Below, piece by piece: positions 39,545 to 50,769 of a DNA stretch of 64,000 bases. The first letter of the stretch is position 1. Every line of letters begins with the position of its first letter. The notes beneath the pieces are model-generated. The model did not search any database. It had not been told where the DNA came from and was given only the letters and a program-made list of their open reading frames with translations. Origin of the DNA: Candidatus Enterousia sp. (GTDB lineage Bacteria; Pseudomonadota; Alphaproteobacteria; Rs-D84); assembly GCA_045114635.1 (NCBI GenBank), contig JBGUKY010000021.1, positions 6,100-70,099 on the forward strand, given 5' to 3'. The position numbers and the translations under genes were made by a program.

Positions 39545-40417
39545 ATGGACGCATTTGTAATCTTGGATAAAGATAGCGGCACATTCAGCAGAACTGCTGG
39601 ATGGCGTGTTGCCAGAATGTTCAATGAAAAGAAATTTGGACATATTGGAACACTTGATCCGATGGCAAGTGGGGTTTTGGTTGTTGCACTTGGAAACGCC
39701 ACAAAAATGATACCGTTTATTGAAGATATTCAAGACAACAAAAAAGAATATCTGTTTGGACTTAAATTCGGAATTGATACAGATTCTTTGGATATAACTG
39801 GGAATATAAAACAAACAAACGATGTTATCCCAAACGAAAACGATATCATCGACGCTTGTGATAAAATAAAAGAAAGAAAAGAACAAGTTCCACCACAATT
39901 TTCGGCTATTCATGTAGATGGTCAACGAGCATATGAATTGGCAAGACGTGGTCAATATATAAAAATGAAATCACGCCCAGTCACTATATATGAACTTGAA
40001 TATGCCGGTAAAGGCCGAGACAATGAATATAATTTTCGTGTCGTTTGTTCACGCGGAACATATGTTCGATCAATCGTTCGTGATATCGCAGAATTATGTG
40101 GTGCGATTGCTACAACAACGTATATACGCCGTATTGCGACAAATGGTTTTGACATAAAAAATGCTGTAAAACTTGATTTTTTGGAAAATCTGGTTAATAA
40201 TGATGAACGCGTCGAAGAATATTTGATGCAGCCTGATTGTGCACTGGGGGACATTCCGGTAATCAATTTGGACGATAAAGACATCGTACTTTATAGAAAT
40301 GGTGGCTTTATCAAAACGGGTGAAAGCGACGGTTTGTATCGCGTTTATTCAAACAAAACCTTTGTTGGAATAGGGCAGCTAACAAACGGTACACTTAAAC
40401 CAAAAAGAACACTTTAA
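39545..40417 (+). CDS. truB: tRNA pseudouridine-55 synthase TruB.
   Basis: HIGTLDPMASGVL catalytic motif; 290 aa. Confidence 0.9.
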   Translation: MDAFVILDKDSGTFSRTAGWRVARMFNEKKFGHIGTLDPMASGVLVVALGNATKMIPFIEDIQDNKKEYLFGLKFGIDTDSLDITGNIKQTNDVIPNENDIIDACDKIKERKEQVPPQFSAIHVDGQRAYELARRGQYIKMKSRPVTIYELEYAGKGRDNEYNFRVVCSRGTYVRSIVRDIAELCGAIATTTYIRRIATNGFDIKNAVKLDFLENLVNNDERVEEYLMQPDCALGDIPVINLDDKDIVLYRNGGFIKTGESDGLYRVYSNKTFVGIGQLTNGTLKPKRTL

Positions 40418-40435
40418 ATAAAAAAAGGATTAACA

Positions 40436-40708
40436 ATGTCCGTAACAAAACAAAAGAAAAGCGAATTGGTCGCTGCATTCAAAACCAGCGAACATGACAA
40501 TGGTGGTTCTGCTGCAGCTCAAGTTGCAGTTTTGACAGAACGTATTCGCAATTTGACAGAACACATGAAAAACAACCACAAAGACGAACACTCTAAACGT
40601 GGTTTGTTATTGATGGTTAACCGCCGTAAGAAATTATTGGCATACATCAAGAACAATGATGTTTCTGAATACGAAGACTTAATTAAGAAATTAGGTTTGC
40701 GTAAATAA
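40436..40708 (+). CDS. rpsO: 30S ribosomal protein S15.
   Basis: 90 aa; ...GSAAAQVAVLTERIRNLTEHMK..HKDEHSKRGLL... is a classic S15 sequence. Confidence 0.95.
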   Translation: MSVTKQKKSELVAAFKTSEHDNGGSAAAQVAVLTERIRNLTEHMKNNHKDEHSKRGLLLMVNRRKKLLAYIKNNDVSEYEDLIKKLGLRK

Positions 40709-40711
40709 TAA

Positions 40712-40740
40712 AAAACCGGCAAATGCCGGTTTTTTTAAAG
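40712..40740. terminator. Bidirectional intrinsic terminator between rpsO and the sspB-like gene.
   Basis: ACCGGCAAATGCCGGT hairpin with an A-run and a T6-run. Confidence 0.65.
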
Positions 40741-41205
40741 ATTCTTTTTCTTTCTGAACTCGTCCAAAGAAACAACCCTTTTATCATCTGGAACAGTATC
40801 TGGTTTTTCTTCCAACGGCAACTCTGGTGTTTCTGTTGTTTGTTCTGCCGCTTTTTGACGCGGATGAAACGATAACATAAACTCTGTAGATGGGTCTTTG
40901 AATTCAACCAATGCAGAAAAAGGAACACGTATAAAGAATGGACGGCCATCAAAAGTCAATTGCACACCAAACTCTTTATCAGACACATTCAAATTATTAT
41001 ATGAATATTGTAAAACAATAGTCATTGTATCAGGATATCTGATTCTTAAAAAATCGGGCAAAACAACACCGGGCGCACGTGTTTTGAATGTGATAAAAAA
41101 TCCTGCATCGTCGCCCAAACCATTGTATTGCGCATAAATAAGTGCTTCTTTGACAACGGATTTTAATGCGTTATCTAATAACTGTTGATAATCTATCTTA
41201 TGCAT
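40735..41205 (-). CDS. SspB-like ClpXP adaptor (alphaproteobacterial type).
   Basis: The pattern P.VVL...TMTIVLQYSYNNLNV.D..F.V.L.F.GRP..I.VPF.AL tracks the SspB fold. Flexible acidic/Pro-rich linker and a basic C-terminal tail (EFRKKKNL). Confidence 0.4.
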   Translation of the reverse strand: MHKIDYQQLLDNALKSVVKEALIYAQYNGLGDDAGFFITFKTRAPGVVLPDFLRIRYPDTMTIVLQYSYNNLNVSDKEFGVQLTFDGRPFFIRVPFSALVEFKDPSTEFMLSFHPRQKAAEQTTETPELPLEEKPDTVPDDKRVVSLDEFRKKKNL

Positions 41206-42287
41206 CTTTTTTCTCCGCTATAACTATATTACTTATTTCGCCATTAACGCAAGTAACAAATAAAGCATCTGGGATATCTTTGAATATATTTATTGAAACA
41301 CCTGTTGCCCAAACCTGAGCATCAGATTCATTCAAATCAGCAAATAACTTTGTACGCGCATTTTCGTCCAAATGTGCGGCTGCTTCATCTAATAAAATTA
41401 TTGGTTTTGCGCCTGTTTTAACGTGTATTAATTTTGCATGCGCCAATATTAAATCAATCAATATAGATTTTTGTTGACCAGTAGATGTTATTTGTGCTGG
41501 CAAATTTAATTTTTTATTGAATACGCCAAAATCAGATTTGTGAACCCCATCTATGACCATTTTGTCACCAATCAATTCACGATTATTTTGTAGATATTCG
41601 AAATACTTTGTTTCTGCTGCTGCTGCAGTATTTTCTAACACTAATTTTTCAACACTACCATCAACAGATACAGCACCTGTTTCAAAGAAATAATTTATTT
41701 CTGATGCATATCTTATACGACCAGCCGCCACAGATATAGATGTTGCCGCAATTTGTTTATCAATAGCATCCAACCAATTATTATCAGCACCGCTTTTTAT
41801 TGCGCCAGCGCGTTCGGACATCAATTTATTAAGTCGTGCAATTCTTCCCATATGCGAAGGTTCAAAACTTGCCGCCAATCTATCAAAAAAAGCCCGACGA
41901 TCAGCAGATGATTCCATAAAAATACGGTCTTCTTTTGGGGTCAACCAAACAATTCGCAATTTTTTAGAAAGTTCTGACAGAGCTACATTTTCATTATCTA
42001 TTTTCGCATGACGATTCGTATCACCAGGATTTAAAAACACACATACATCACTTTCATCACACGTTGTCGCAAAAACAGAAAATCCACCATCGCCATTGAA
42101 ACGCGCCATTGTTTGAATTTCTGCACCACGAATACCACGTTCACCACAAAGCAAAGACAATGCCTCTAAAACAGCAGTTTTCCCTGCGCCATTATCGCCT
42201 GTGATAATGATATTTTTTACATCACCGATATTGATTCGTGAACAAGTATGATTTCTGAAATTAGTAAGAGTAATTTGACTTATCATT
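41198..42287 (-). CDS. recF: DNA replication and repair protein RecF.
   Basis: Walker A GDNGAGKTAVLEA; ABC-type signature; start taken at MISQITLTNFRNH. Confidence 0.85.
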
Positions 42288-42294
42288 TTCAATG

Positions 42295-42368
42295 TGGAGG
42301 CCAGGGTCGGAATCGAACCGGCATCCAAGGATTTGCAGTCCTCTGCATAACCACTCTGCCACCTGGCC
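42295..42368 (-). tRNA. tRNA-Cys (anticodon GCA).
   Basis: Folded by hand: acceptor GGCCAGG/CCTGGCC, 3-bp D-stem, anticodon loop CTGCAAA, T-loop TTCGATT, CCA encoded; 74 nt. Confidence 0.8.
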
Positions 42369-42486
42369 TTTCGCGTAAGCTCATATTAGGCAAAAAACGA
42401 ACATATTTCAACATAAAAATGAAGCAAAACGACAAAAGAATTTGTTCCGATATTTTTTGGCCCCAAAAACAGATATCTTATATGTT

Positions 42487-43800
42487 ATGAGGTATTTTTA
42501 TGTGTTTTTTGTCTGTTGCCCACTATGTGCGCATGCTGTTTCAGACTGCGCAACCATAAAACATGTGCCGGACAAAGAAATAACTCTTGTCGAAGTGATA
42601 GATCTTGGGCTTTGTCGCAATCCAAATACTGCGGCTGCATACGCCACATTACAATCACAAAGATATACAAAAAATGCAGCCCATTCATATTATTTACCTA
42701 CGGTATCCGGCAGCACTGGCGCAAACAGATCTCATACAGAACACGAAGATTGGGAATACAGTGCATCTTTATCTGCATCTTATTTAATTTTTGATTTTGG
42801 AAAACGCGAATCTGATTTTGCACAAACCCTTGCAGCATACCGCGCAGCAGGTTTTGATTATGACGAAACTATTCAAAATTTTATCTATTCTATTATCGGT
42901 GCATATTATGAATTGTTGAACATGGATGCAAATGTATTATCTGCTCAATCTGCATTAAAAGTTGCACAAACAGCAAAAGACACAGCAGACAAAAAATATA
43001 AATCTGGGGTTGTTGCACGCGCTGATGTTTATACCGCAGACACGAACTTGGCATCATCACAATTGGCTTTGGAACGAGCAAAAAACAATCGTGAAATTGC
43101 AAAAGGCACTCTTTTAAACATTCTTTCTTTTTCGACTAATCAGAATATAAAAATAAAAGACATGCCAATATCTTTTGGAAGTGATGCCGAAAGCGAAAAT
43201 ATTGATAAACTTATATCAATAGCACAAAAACAAAGGCCAGATTTATTAAAAGCAAAATCACAAACAAACGCTGCTTGGCATCGTCGTAACAGTGCCTTTT
43301 TGAAAAGACTCCCATCAATTTCTGTTAATGGCGGGGTTACAACAACAGATAAAACTGTTGGTGGCATGTTTGAACATATGACGCTTAAAACACATGGCAA
43401 TATCGGATTTTCTGCATCTATGCCGATATTCACTGGTTTTTTGAACTATTATAATGCACGGTCTGCAAATGCTGACTATGAAAACAAACAGTATACAGAA
43501 CAAAATATTTCCAACAATGCAATGATGGATGTTTTCACCGCTTATCAAAATTATAAAACAGCAAAGACCGTTTTAAAACAGACAGAGAAACTTCTTAAAT
43601 CTGCGACAGAAAGTGAACGTGCTATGTCAGGTATGTACAAGGTTGGTCGTGCAACCATGCTTGATTGGCAATCAGCACAATCTGATTTAGTGAATGCTCG
43701 CAATCAACATAACAGTGCAAAATATGATCTTTTTATAAAACGCGCCGCTGTTGCATTGGCCATTGGAGACATAAAAAAAGGTCTAAAGGATAACCAATAA
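42487..43800 (+). CDS. TolC-family outer-membrane efflux protein.
   Basis: Signal peptide; two helical repeat halves typical of TolC/OprM; first gene of a tolC-macA-macB cluster. Confidence 0.7.
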   Translation: MRYFYVFFVCCPLCAHAVSDCATIKHVPDKEITLVEVIDLGLCRNPNTAAAYATLQSQRYTKNAAHSYYLPTVSGSTGANRSHTEHEDWEYSASLSASYLIFDFGKRESDFAQTLAAYRAAGFDYDETIQNFIYSIIGAYYELLNMDANVLSAQSALKVAQTAKDTADKKYKSGVVARADVYTADTNLASSQLALERAKNNREIAKGTLLNILSFSTNQNIKIKDMPISFGSDAESENIDKLISIAQKQRPDLLKAKSQTNAAWHRRNSAFLKRLPSISVNGGVTTTDKTVGGMFEHMTLKTHGNIGFSASMPIFTGFLNYYNARSANADYENKQYTEQNISNNAMMDVFTAYQNYKTAKTVLKQTEKLLKSATESERAMSGMYKVGRATMLDWQSAQSDLVNARNQHNSAKYDLFIKRAAVALAIGDIKKGLKDNQ

Positions 43801-44972
43801 TGGAAACAGAAAAGCCATCATTCATAAAAAGATTATTGAATTATATCTGGCGCAACAAGTGGTGGATAGCAATAATCGTAATAACTATTATTTTGTTTTG
43901 TTTGTGGTTGTGTCCGTCTTCAAAATCTAAAAAGAAAGAATATATCACCATCGATATAACACGTGGTGATATAACACAAACTGTAACAGCCACCGGTGAA
44001 ATACAGCCTGTAAACACCATCAATGTTGGATCACAAGTTTCAGGCACAATAGAAAACATATTTGTTGATTATAATTCACGCGTAAAAAAAGGTGATGTTT
44101 TATTAACCATCGAACCTTCGGTTTTACAATCAACTGTGGACGAAGCTTTAGCATCACTTGATTCAATGAAATCAGAATTAAAATACGCAAAAAGCGAATA
44201 CAATCGCAATCAATCTTTATATGCCGACGGATTTATTTCACGCGCAGAAATGGAAAAATCTCAAACCGTTTATGAACAAGCGCAACAAGCGGTAAACAAA
44301 GCACAATACGCATATGAACGCGCAGTCACAAATCTTGGGTATGCAACAATTACTTCGCCAGTTGATGGAACTGTTATTTCGCGTAAAGTAGACAAAGGGC
44401 AAACTGTAGCCGCTTCATTTCAAACACCGGATCTTTTTGAAATAGCCGAAGATTTATCAAAAATGCAAATTGAAACAGCCGTATCCGAAGCCGATATAGG
44501 CATGATCAAAGATGGTATGCCCGTCACTTTCACTGTGGATGCATATCCAAATATTACTTTCAACGGACACGTTCAACAAATAAGATTGTCCCCAACAAAT
44601 GTTTCGAATGTTGTTGTTTATACTGTTGTAATAGATGTTGATAATTCTGATTTAAAATTGATGCCTGGAATGACAGCGTTTGTGACAGTAGTTGTGGCAA
44701 ATGCCAAAGATGCATGGAAAACAAAAAATTCAAGTCTTTTGATTCGTTCTTATAAAAACTTTGTTGATAATATAAGCGACAACATAACACCCAAAACACA
44801 CCTTGCAATAAAGCGTGGCAAAGAAACTTTATTTATTCCATACAAACGCGGAATTACGACGCCAACTGAAACCCAAATTATATCCGATGATTTACGCGAA
44901 AACGACAAAATCATAGTTGGATTCACAGGTCAAACAACAACAAATAAAAGCAGCATGCGACCAAGAATGTAA
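43800..44972 (+). CDS. macA: Periplasmic adaptor (HlyD/MacA family membrane fusion protein).
   Basis: N-terminal TM helix, coiled-coil hairpin, lipoyl and beta-barrel domains; 390 aa. Confidence 0.75.
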   Translation: METEKPSFIKRLLNYIWRNKWWIAIIVITIILFCLWLCPSSKSKKKEYITIDITRGDITQTVTATGEIQPVNTINVGSQVSGTIENIFVDYNSRVKKGDVLLTIEPSVLQSTVDEALASLDSMKSELKYAKSEYNRNQSLYADGFISRAEMEKSQTVYEQAQQAVNKAQYAYERAVTNLGYATITSPVDGTVISRKVDKGQTVAASFQTPDLFEIAEDLSKMQIETAVSEADIGMIKDGMPVTFTVDAYPNITFNGHVQQIRLSPTNVSNVVVYTVVIDVDNSDLKLMPGMTAFVTVVVANAKDAWKTKNSSLLIRSYKNFVDNISDNITPKTHLAIKRGKETLFIPYKRGITTPTETQIISDDLRENDKIIVGFTGQTTTNKSSMRPRM

Positions 44973-44973
44973 T

Positions 44974-45720
44974 ATGAAGAACCAAACAAATATTATCGTT
45001 TTGAATAAAATAAACAAAAGTTTTCCACTTGCCATCGGTGGTTCGCAACAGGTTTTATTTGATATAAATCTTACTATCAGATCTGGTGAATTTGTTGCAA
45101 TTATGGGACCAAGTGGTTCTGGCAAATCAACATGTATGAATATTATTGGCGCATTAGATAGTGCGACCAGCGGAACATACGAATTATACAACAAAGATAT
45201 AACCACCATGACTGCAGATGATTTAGCAACTGTAAGAAATGAATATATCGGCTTTGTTTTTCAAAACTTTAATTTGTTATCAAAAAGAACTATCCTTGAT
45301 AACGTTATGTTGCCATTAATGTATCGTGGCTGGGTTATGAATGATCGGATAAGTCGCGCACGCGAAATGCTCCGTCTTGTCGGCCTTGAAAACTTTGAAA
45401 CATATTTTCCAACACAACTATCAGGCGGAATGAAACAACGTGTAGCAATTGCGCGCGCTTTATCTGGCAACCCTAAATTAATATTGGCTGACGAACCCAC
45501 AGGTTCGCTCGATTCAAAAATGGGAAACGAAATATTAAGATTTTTTGAAAAATTAAATCGTGATTTTGGAATAACCATAATAATGATTACACACGAATTT
45601 GAAATTGCACAATATACACGTCGCATTATTCATATTTTCGATGGGCGAATTACTTACGATGGCCCAGTCCCTAAAAGCGAAATAACTTTATTGAAATCAG
45701 AAAAAAAGCACTCAAAATGA
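44974..45720 (+). CDS. macB: ABC transporter ATP-binding protein, MacB/LolD type.
   Basis: Walker A GPSGSGKST; signature LSGGMKQRVAIARAL; start placed immediately after the macA stop. Confidence 0.85.
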   Translation: MKNQTNIIVLNKINKSFPLAIGGSQQVLFDINLTIRSGEFVAIMGPSGSGKSTCMNIIGALDSATSGTYELYNKDITTMTADDLATVRNEYIGFVFQNFNLLSKRTILDNVMLPLMYRGWVMNDRISRAREMLRLVGLENFETYFPTQLSGGMKQRVAIARALSGNPKLILADEPTGSLDSKMGNEILRFFEKLNRDFGITIIMITHEFEIAQYTRRIIHIFDGRITYDGPVPKSEITLLKSEKKHSK

Positions 45721-46934
45721 CTATTGGTGACATATTAAAAGAATCTTGGATTTCAATAAGCGGCAATAAATTGCGCTCTTTTTTGACTGTCCTTGGTATT
45801 ATTATTGGTGTGATGGCTGTGGTAATAATGGTTGCAGTTGGGGAAACAGTTCAAAAATCTATTACAGATCAATTTTCTGCACTTGGAACAAATACTATTG
45901 TTATTCGCGCTGGCGCCGCGCGTACCGGTGGAGTAAGGACAGGGAACAAACAAACCCTGACAATAACAGACGGCGAACAAATAAAAAGATTAGCTGATGT
46001 CACATTTGTATCGCCTGCACAAATGGGATCTGCCCAGATTATATATGGCAATAAAAATTGGTCCACAATAGTATTAGGCGCTTCGCCTGATTACGCAGCT
46101 ATTCAAGATATAGATGTCGAATACGGAACATTTTTTGATGACAATGCAGTAAAAAGTGCGGCAACTTATGCGGTTATCGGACCAGATACAGCAACTGAAC
46201 TGGGATTACCAGAAAATCCGGTTGGGGAAATTATTCGAATTCAAAATATGCCTTTTGTTGTTATCGGTGTTATGAAGGCACGTGGAGATTCATCATTTGG
46301 ATCCCAAGACGATATGATTATAATTCCAATCACAACACTAAAAAAGCGGTTACAAGGTTCAAAGTTTCCAGATGCAGTTACGATGATAGCATTAAAAATA
46401 TATAACGATTCTGATAACAATGTTGTGATTGAACAACTTACATCTCTTTTGCGTCAACGCCATAAATTAAAAGACAGCGATGAAGACGATTTTCAAATTA
46501 CAGATATGAAACAAATCATGGAAACAATGGATACAGTTACTGGTTATCTTAAACTTTTATTGATTGCCATTGCAGCCGTATCATTATTAGTTGGATCAAT
46601 TGGTATTATGAACATGATGCTGGTATCTGTTGCAGAAAGAACACGCGAAATAGGGGTACGCAAAGCAATCGGAGCCAAAGAACGTGTAATAATAATTCAG
46701 TTTTTATCCGAATCAATAATGATATCTTTTATCGGATCAATGATTGGTCTTGTTCTTGGTGTAGGTTTGTCCCAAGGTGTTGGTCGATTGATATTACATT
46801 ATAATGTTCCGTTTTCCATATGGCCGGTTATATTATCTGTAACTGTTGCAGTTGTTGTTGGTTTGGCATCAGGTGTTATGCCAGCAATCAAAGCCGCCAA
46901 ATTGAACCCGATTGACAGTTTAAGATATGAATAA
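45717..46934 (+). CDS. ABC transporter permease, FtsX/MacB type.
   Basis: MacB-type periplasmic domain between TM1 and TM2; C-terminal FtsX 4-TM domain; 405 aa. Confidence 0.8.
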   Translation: MTIGDILKESWISISGNKLRSFLTVLGIIIGVMAVVIMVAVGETVQKSITDQFSALGTNTIVIRAGAARTGGVRTGNKQTLTITDGEQIKRLADVTFVSPAQMGSAQIIYGNKNWSTIVLGASPDYAAIQDIDVEYGTFFDDNAVKSAATYAVIGPDTATELGLPENPVGEIIRIQNMPFVVIGVMKARGDSSFGSQDDMIIIPITTLKKRLQGSKFPDAVTMIALKIYNDSDNNVVIEQLTSLLRQRHKLKDSDEDDFQITDMKQIMETMDTVTGYLKLLLIAIAAVSLLVGSIGIMNMMLVSVAERTREIGVRKAIGAKERVIIIQFLSESIMISFIGSMIGLVLGVGLSQGVGRLILHYNVPFSIWPVILSVTVAVVVGLASGVMPAIKAAKLNPIDSLRYE

Positions 46935-46935
46935 A

Positions 46936-46962
46936 AACACCGGCAAATGCCGGTATTTTTTA
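46936..46962. terminator. Bidirectional intrinsic terminator between the ABC permease gene and accC.
   Basis: CACCGGCAAATGCCGGT hairpin with flanking A-run and T-run. Confidence 0.6.
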
Positions 46963-48339
46963 TTCTTTATTTTCTTCTGTTTTTTCTTCAACCTTTTGTT
47001 CGGCTAAAAAATGTTCCAACCAATGATTATCTGTTTTTAATTGGCGAACATCAGAATTATCCAACAACTTTTTCTGTAAAGGTATTGTTGTTTTAATACC
47101 TTCGATTACAAATTCATCCAATGCACGTTCTGCACGCATAATACATGCAGGCCTTGATTGGGCATGAACAATTAATTTTGCAATCATAGAATCATACGTA
47201 GATGGAATTGTATATCCGGTATATGCCGCACTGTCCACGCGCACCCCAAGCCCACCCGAAGGTGCATATAATGCTATCTTTCCAGGGTTAGGTATAAATG
47301 TTTCTGGATCTTCGGCGTTAATACGAAATTCGATTGCATGTCCATGTGCAATAAGGTTTGATTGCGTATAACCCAATTTTTCACCAGCAGCAATTCTGAT
47401 TTGTTCACGTACCAAATCAATACCATAAACCATTTCTGTTACCGGATGTTCCACTTGTAATCTTGTATTCATTTCAAGGAAATAAAATTTGCCATCTTCG
47501 AACATAAATTCGAAAGTTCCAGCATTTGTATATTTCATTTTCTTGGCAGCGGCTTTACAAACCTCTATCATATCATCGCGTTGCTTTTGGGTTAATATTG
47601 CCGCAGGACATTCTTCCATGACCTTTTGGTTTTTACGTTGAAGCGAGCAATCACGTTCACCGAAAATAACCACATTGCCATGTTTATCGCCCAAAACTTG
47701 AAATTCAATATGACGTGGATGTAACAATAATTTTTCCATATAAAGAGTATCGTCACCAAAAGCAGATTTAGATTCAGCCTTTACAATCGGGAATGCTTCT
47801 CTTAATTCGTTGGCATTATTTATCGCACGCATACCACGACCACCACCACCAGCAGCAGCCTTGATCATAACTGGATACCCAATTTTATCAGCCCAAACAA
47901 GCGCATCTTCGACATCGCGCAGCGCACCATCTGATCCAGGAACAATTGGCAAACCACATTTAATAGCAGTGTGTTTAGCATTAACTTTATCACCCATTTT
48001 GCGAATCATATCACTGCTTGGCCCAATCCAAATAAGCCCATGCTGTTCAACCTTGTCCACAAAGTCAGCGCGTTCAGATAAAAAACCATATCCAGGGTGA
48101 ATAGCGTCAGCATTTGTTAACAAAGCCGCCGTCAATATCGCAGATTCATTAAGATAAGATTCAGATGATTGTGCCGGACCAATACATACAGATTCGTCAG
48201 CCAATTTAACATGCATCGCATCTTTATCCGCAGTAGAATAAACCGCGACAGTACGTATTCCCATATCACGACACGCACGAATAACACGCAATGCGATTTC
48301 ACCACGATTAGCGATTAAAACTTTTTTGATTTGTGGCAT
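46960..48339 (-). CDS. accC: Acetyl-CoA carboxylase biotin carboxylase subunit.
   Basis: ATP-grasp motifs, GGGGRGMR, EMNTRLQVEHPVTE; 459 aa. Confidence 0.95.
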   Translation of the reverse strand: MPQIKKVLIANRGEIALRVIRACRDMGIRTVAVYSTADKDAMHVKLADESVCIGPAQSSESYLNESAILTAALLTNADAIHPGYGFLSERADFVDKVEQHGLIWIGPSSDMIRKMGDKVNAKHTAIKCGLPIVPGSDGALRDVEDALVWADKIGYPVMIKAAAGGGGRGMRAINNANELREAFPIVKAESKSAFGDDTLYMEKLLLHPRHIEFQVLGDKHGNVVIFGERDCSLQRKNQKVMEECPAAILTQKQRDDMIEVCKAAAKKMKYTNAGTFEFMFEDGKFYFLEMNTRLQVEHPVTEMVYGIDLVREQIRIAAGEKLGYTQSNLIAHGHAIEFRINAEDPETFIPNPGKIALYAPSGGLGVRVDSAAYTGYTIPSTYDSMIAKLIVHAQSRPACIMRAERALDEFVIEGIKTTIPLQKKLLDNSDVRQLKTDNHWLEHFLAEQKVEEKTEENKE

Positions 48340-48350
48340 GGTCCACCCCG

Positions 48351-48782
48351 TTATTCTATTACGATAATAGGTGTATCAAATTCAACAGCCATTCCATCGG
48401 TCACCAAAATCTCTTTGACGACACCATCAACATCAGATTTAATAGGGTTAAATGTTTTCATGGCTTCTACCAGCGCAACAGTGTCGCCAGCCTTGACTTC
48501 GCTTCCAACTTTAACAAAAGGTTTGGCACCTGGTTCTGGGGCAAGATATGCAACACCGACCATGGGCGATTTTAATACGTGACCGGATAATTTTGTTTCG
48601 TTATTTCCTTTGCCTGCCTGTGGCACAAAACCAACTGGCGCAGCCACTGCCTGTTGTTTAGATAAATGAATATGTTTACGATATAAACCCAATAACAGCT
48701 GACGTTCCAGATCCAATTCTGTTATGCCCATTTCATCCATCAATTTGGACATATTTTCAACTGTTGACCTAAAAGAAGACAT
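48351..48782 (-). CDS. accB: Biotin carboxyl carrier protein.
   Basis: EAMKTFN biotinylation motif; Pro/Ala linker; 143 aa. Confidence 0.9.
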   Translation of the reverse strand: MSSFRSTVENMSKLMDEMGITELDLERQLLLGLYRKHIHLSKQQAVAAPVGFVPQAGKGNNETKLSGHVLKSPMVGVAYLAPEPGAKPFVKVGSEVKAGDTVALVEAMKTFNPIKSDVDGVVKEILVTDGMAVEFDTPIIVIE

Positions 48783-48846
48783 AATTAAAAATCCTTTTTA
48801 TTTGTGTATATATTACATTAATTTTATCACATTGTATTTTTAGATG

Positions 48847-49077
48847 TCAAGGAACGGGATCGTATCCACATCCACCACCAGGTCGGCACCTTGATATGCG
48901 TTTCATTCCAAGCCATGTTCCATGTATCAAACCATATTTTTCAATTGCTTGTTTGGTATATTCGCTGCAAGTCGGTATAAATCTACATGCTGCACGACCA
49001 CCAATAAAAGGCGATATACATAATTGATAAAACCTGACTAATTTGCAGCCAATTTTGGTAAAAAAATCGTTTTTCAT
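48847..49077 (-). CDS. yidD: Membrane protein insertion efficiency factor YidD.
   Basis: 76 aa; YQ..ISP......CRF.P.CSEY...A....G...G.......RI.RC.P...GG.DPVP. Confidence 0.8.
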   Translation of the reverse strand: MKNDFFTKIGCKLVRFYQLCISPFIGGRAACRFIPTCSEYTKQAIEKYGLIHGTWLGMKRISRCRPGGGCGYDPVP

Positions 49078-49400
49078 TGTGAGATTTTCTTTAATGCTTG
49101 TGCCATCTTCGCACGCCCAGTATCACGCGAACATTCCAAAATTGGTTCGCGCGCAATAAAAATATAGTCGAAATCCAGCAACATCAAATCTTCATTGGCC
49201 GCAATCCAATCGCGTAACAAACGTTTAGCGCGATTCCTTTGTACTGCCAATTTAAAGATTTTCTTTGGCACAACCAAACCATATCTTGCATCTGGTTTAG
49301 CGGCTGCTTTTGCCTTGGTCATAAAGTAATCATTTGCCACTGACGGATCATTTGGCAATGTAATAAAATCTTTGTATCTTCGTATAGTTTTTCTTTTCAT
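49074..49400 (-). CDS. rnpA: RNase P protein component.
   Basis: ...[20 protein letters not shown]... RNR motif. Start taken at MKRKTIRR; the track's upstream extension is hydrophobic junk. No rpmH upstream. Confidence 0.75.
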   Translation of the reverse strand: MKRKTIRRYKDFITLPNDPSVANDYFMTKAKAAAKPDARYGLVVPKKIFKLAVQRNRAKRLLRDWIAANEDLMLLDFDYIFIAREPILECSRDTGRAKMAQALKKISQ

Positions 49401-49515
49401 GCCAAGAATTATATCAGAATATAAGGAAAAGCAAATAAAAAAGCAAAATTTGCTATGCGTGCTTGATTTTTTCAAACCCTGTTTTATAATGCGAAAAACA
49501 AAGACAAGGGATTGA

Positions 49516-50568
<1,053 letters not shown>

Positions 50569-50570
50569 AA

Positions 50571-50594
50571 ACACCGGCAACCGCCGGTTTTTTA
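50571..50594 (+). terminator. Intrinsic terminator after mreB.
   Basis: ACCGGCAACCGCCGGT hairpin followed by a T6-run. Confidence 0.6.
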
Positions 50595-50622
50595 TTGCAA
50601 ATCTGAATTTCGGTGTTATAAT
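50595..50622 (+). promoter_or_regulatory. Sigma70-like promoter for tRNA-Val (GAC).
   Basis: TTGCAA, 16 nt spacer, TATAAT; the tRNA starts 11 nt downstream. Confidence 0.45.
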
Positions 50623-50633
50623 GCCTGTGCTTT

Positions 50634-50710
50634 GGGTGGTTAGCTCAGTTGGCTAGAGCGTCACGTTGACATCGTGGAGGTCGTTGGTTCGAGCCCAATA
50701 CCACCCACCA
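50634..50710 (+). tRNA. tRNA-Val (anticodon GAC).
   Basis: Folded by hand: acceptor GGGTGGT/ACCACCC, D-arm GCTCAGTTGGCTAGAGC, anticodon loop TTGACAT, T-arm GGTTCGAGCCC, CCA encoded. Confidence 0.9.
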
Positions 50711-50769
50711 GTTTCAAAAAAGATAGCCAAAAGCTATCTTTTTTTTATTAAAATCAAGAGGCACAAACA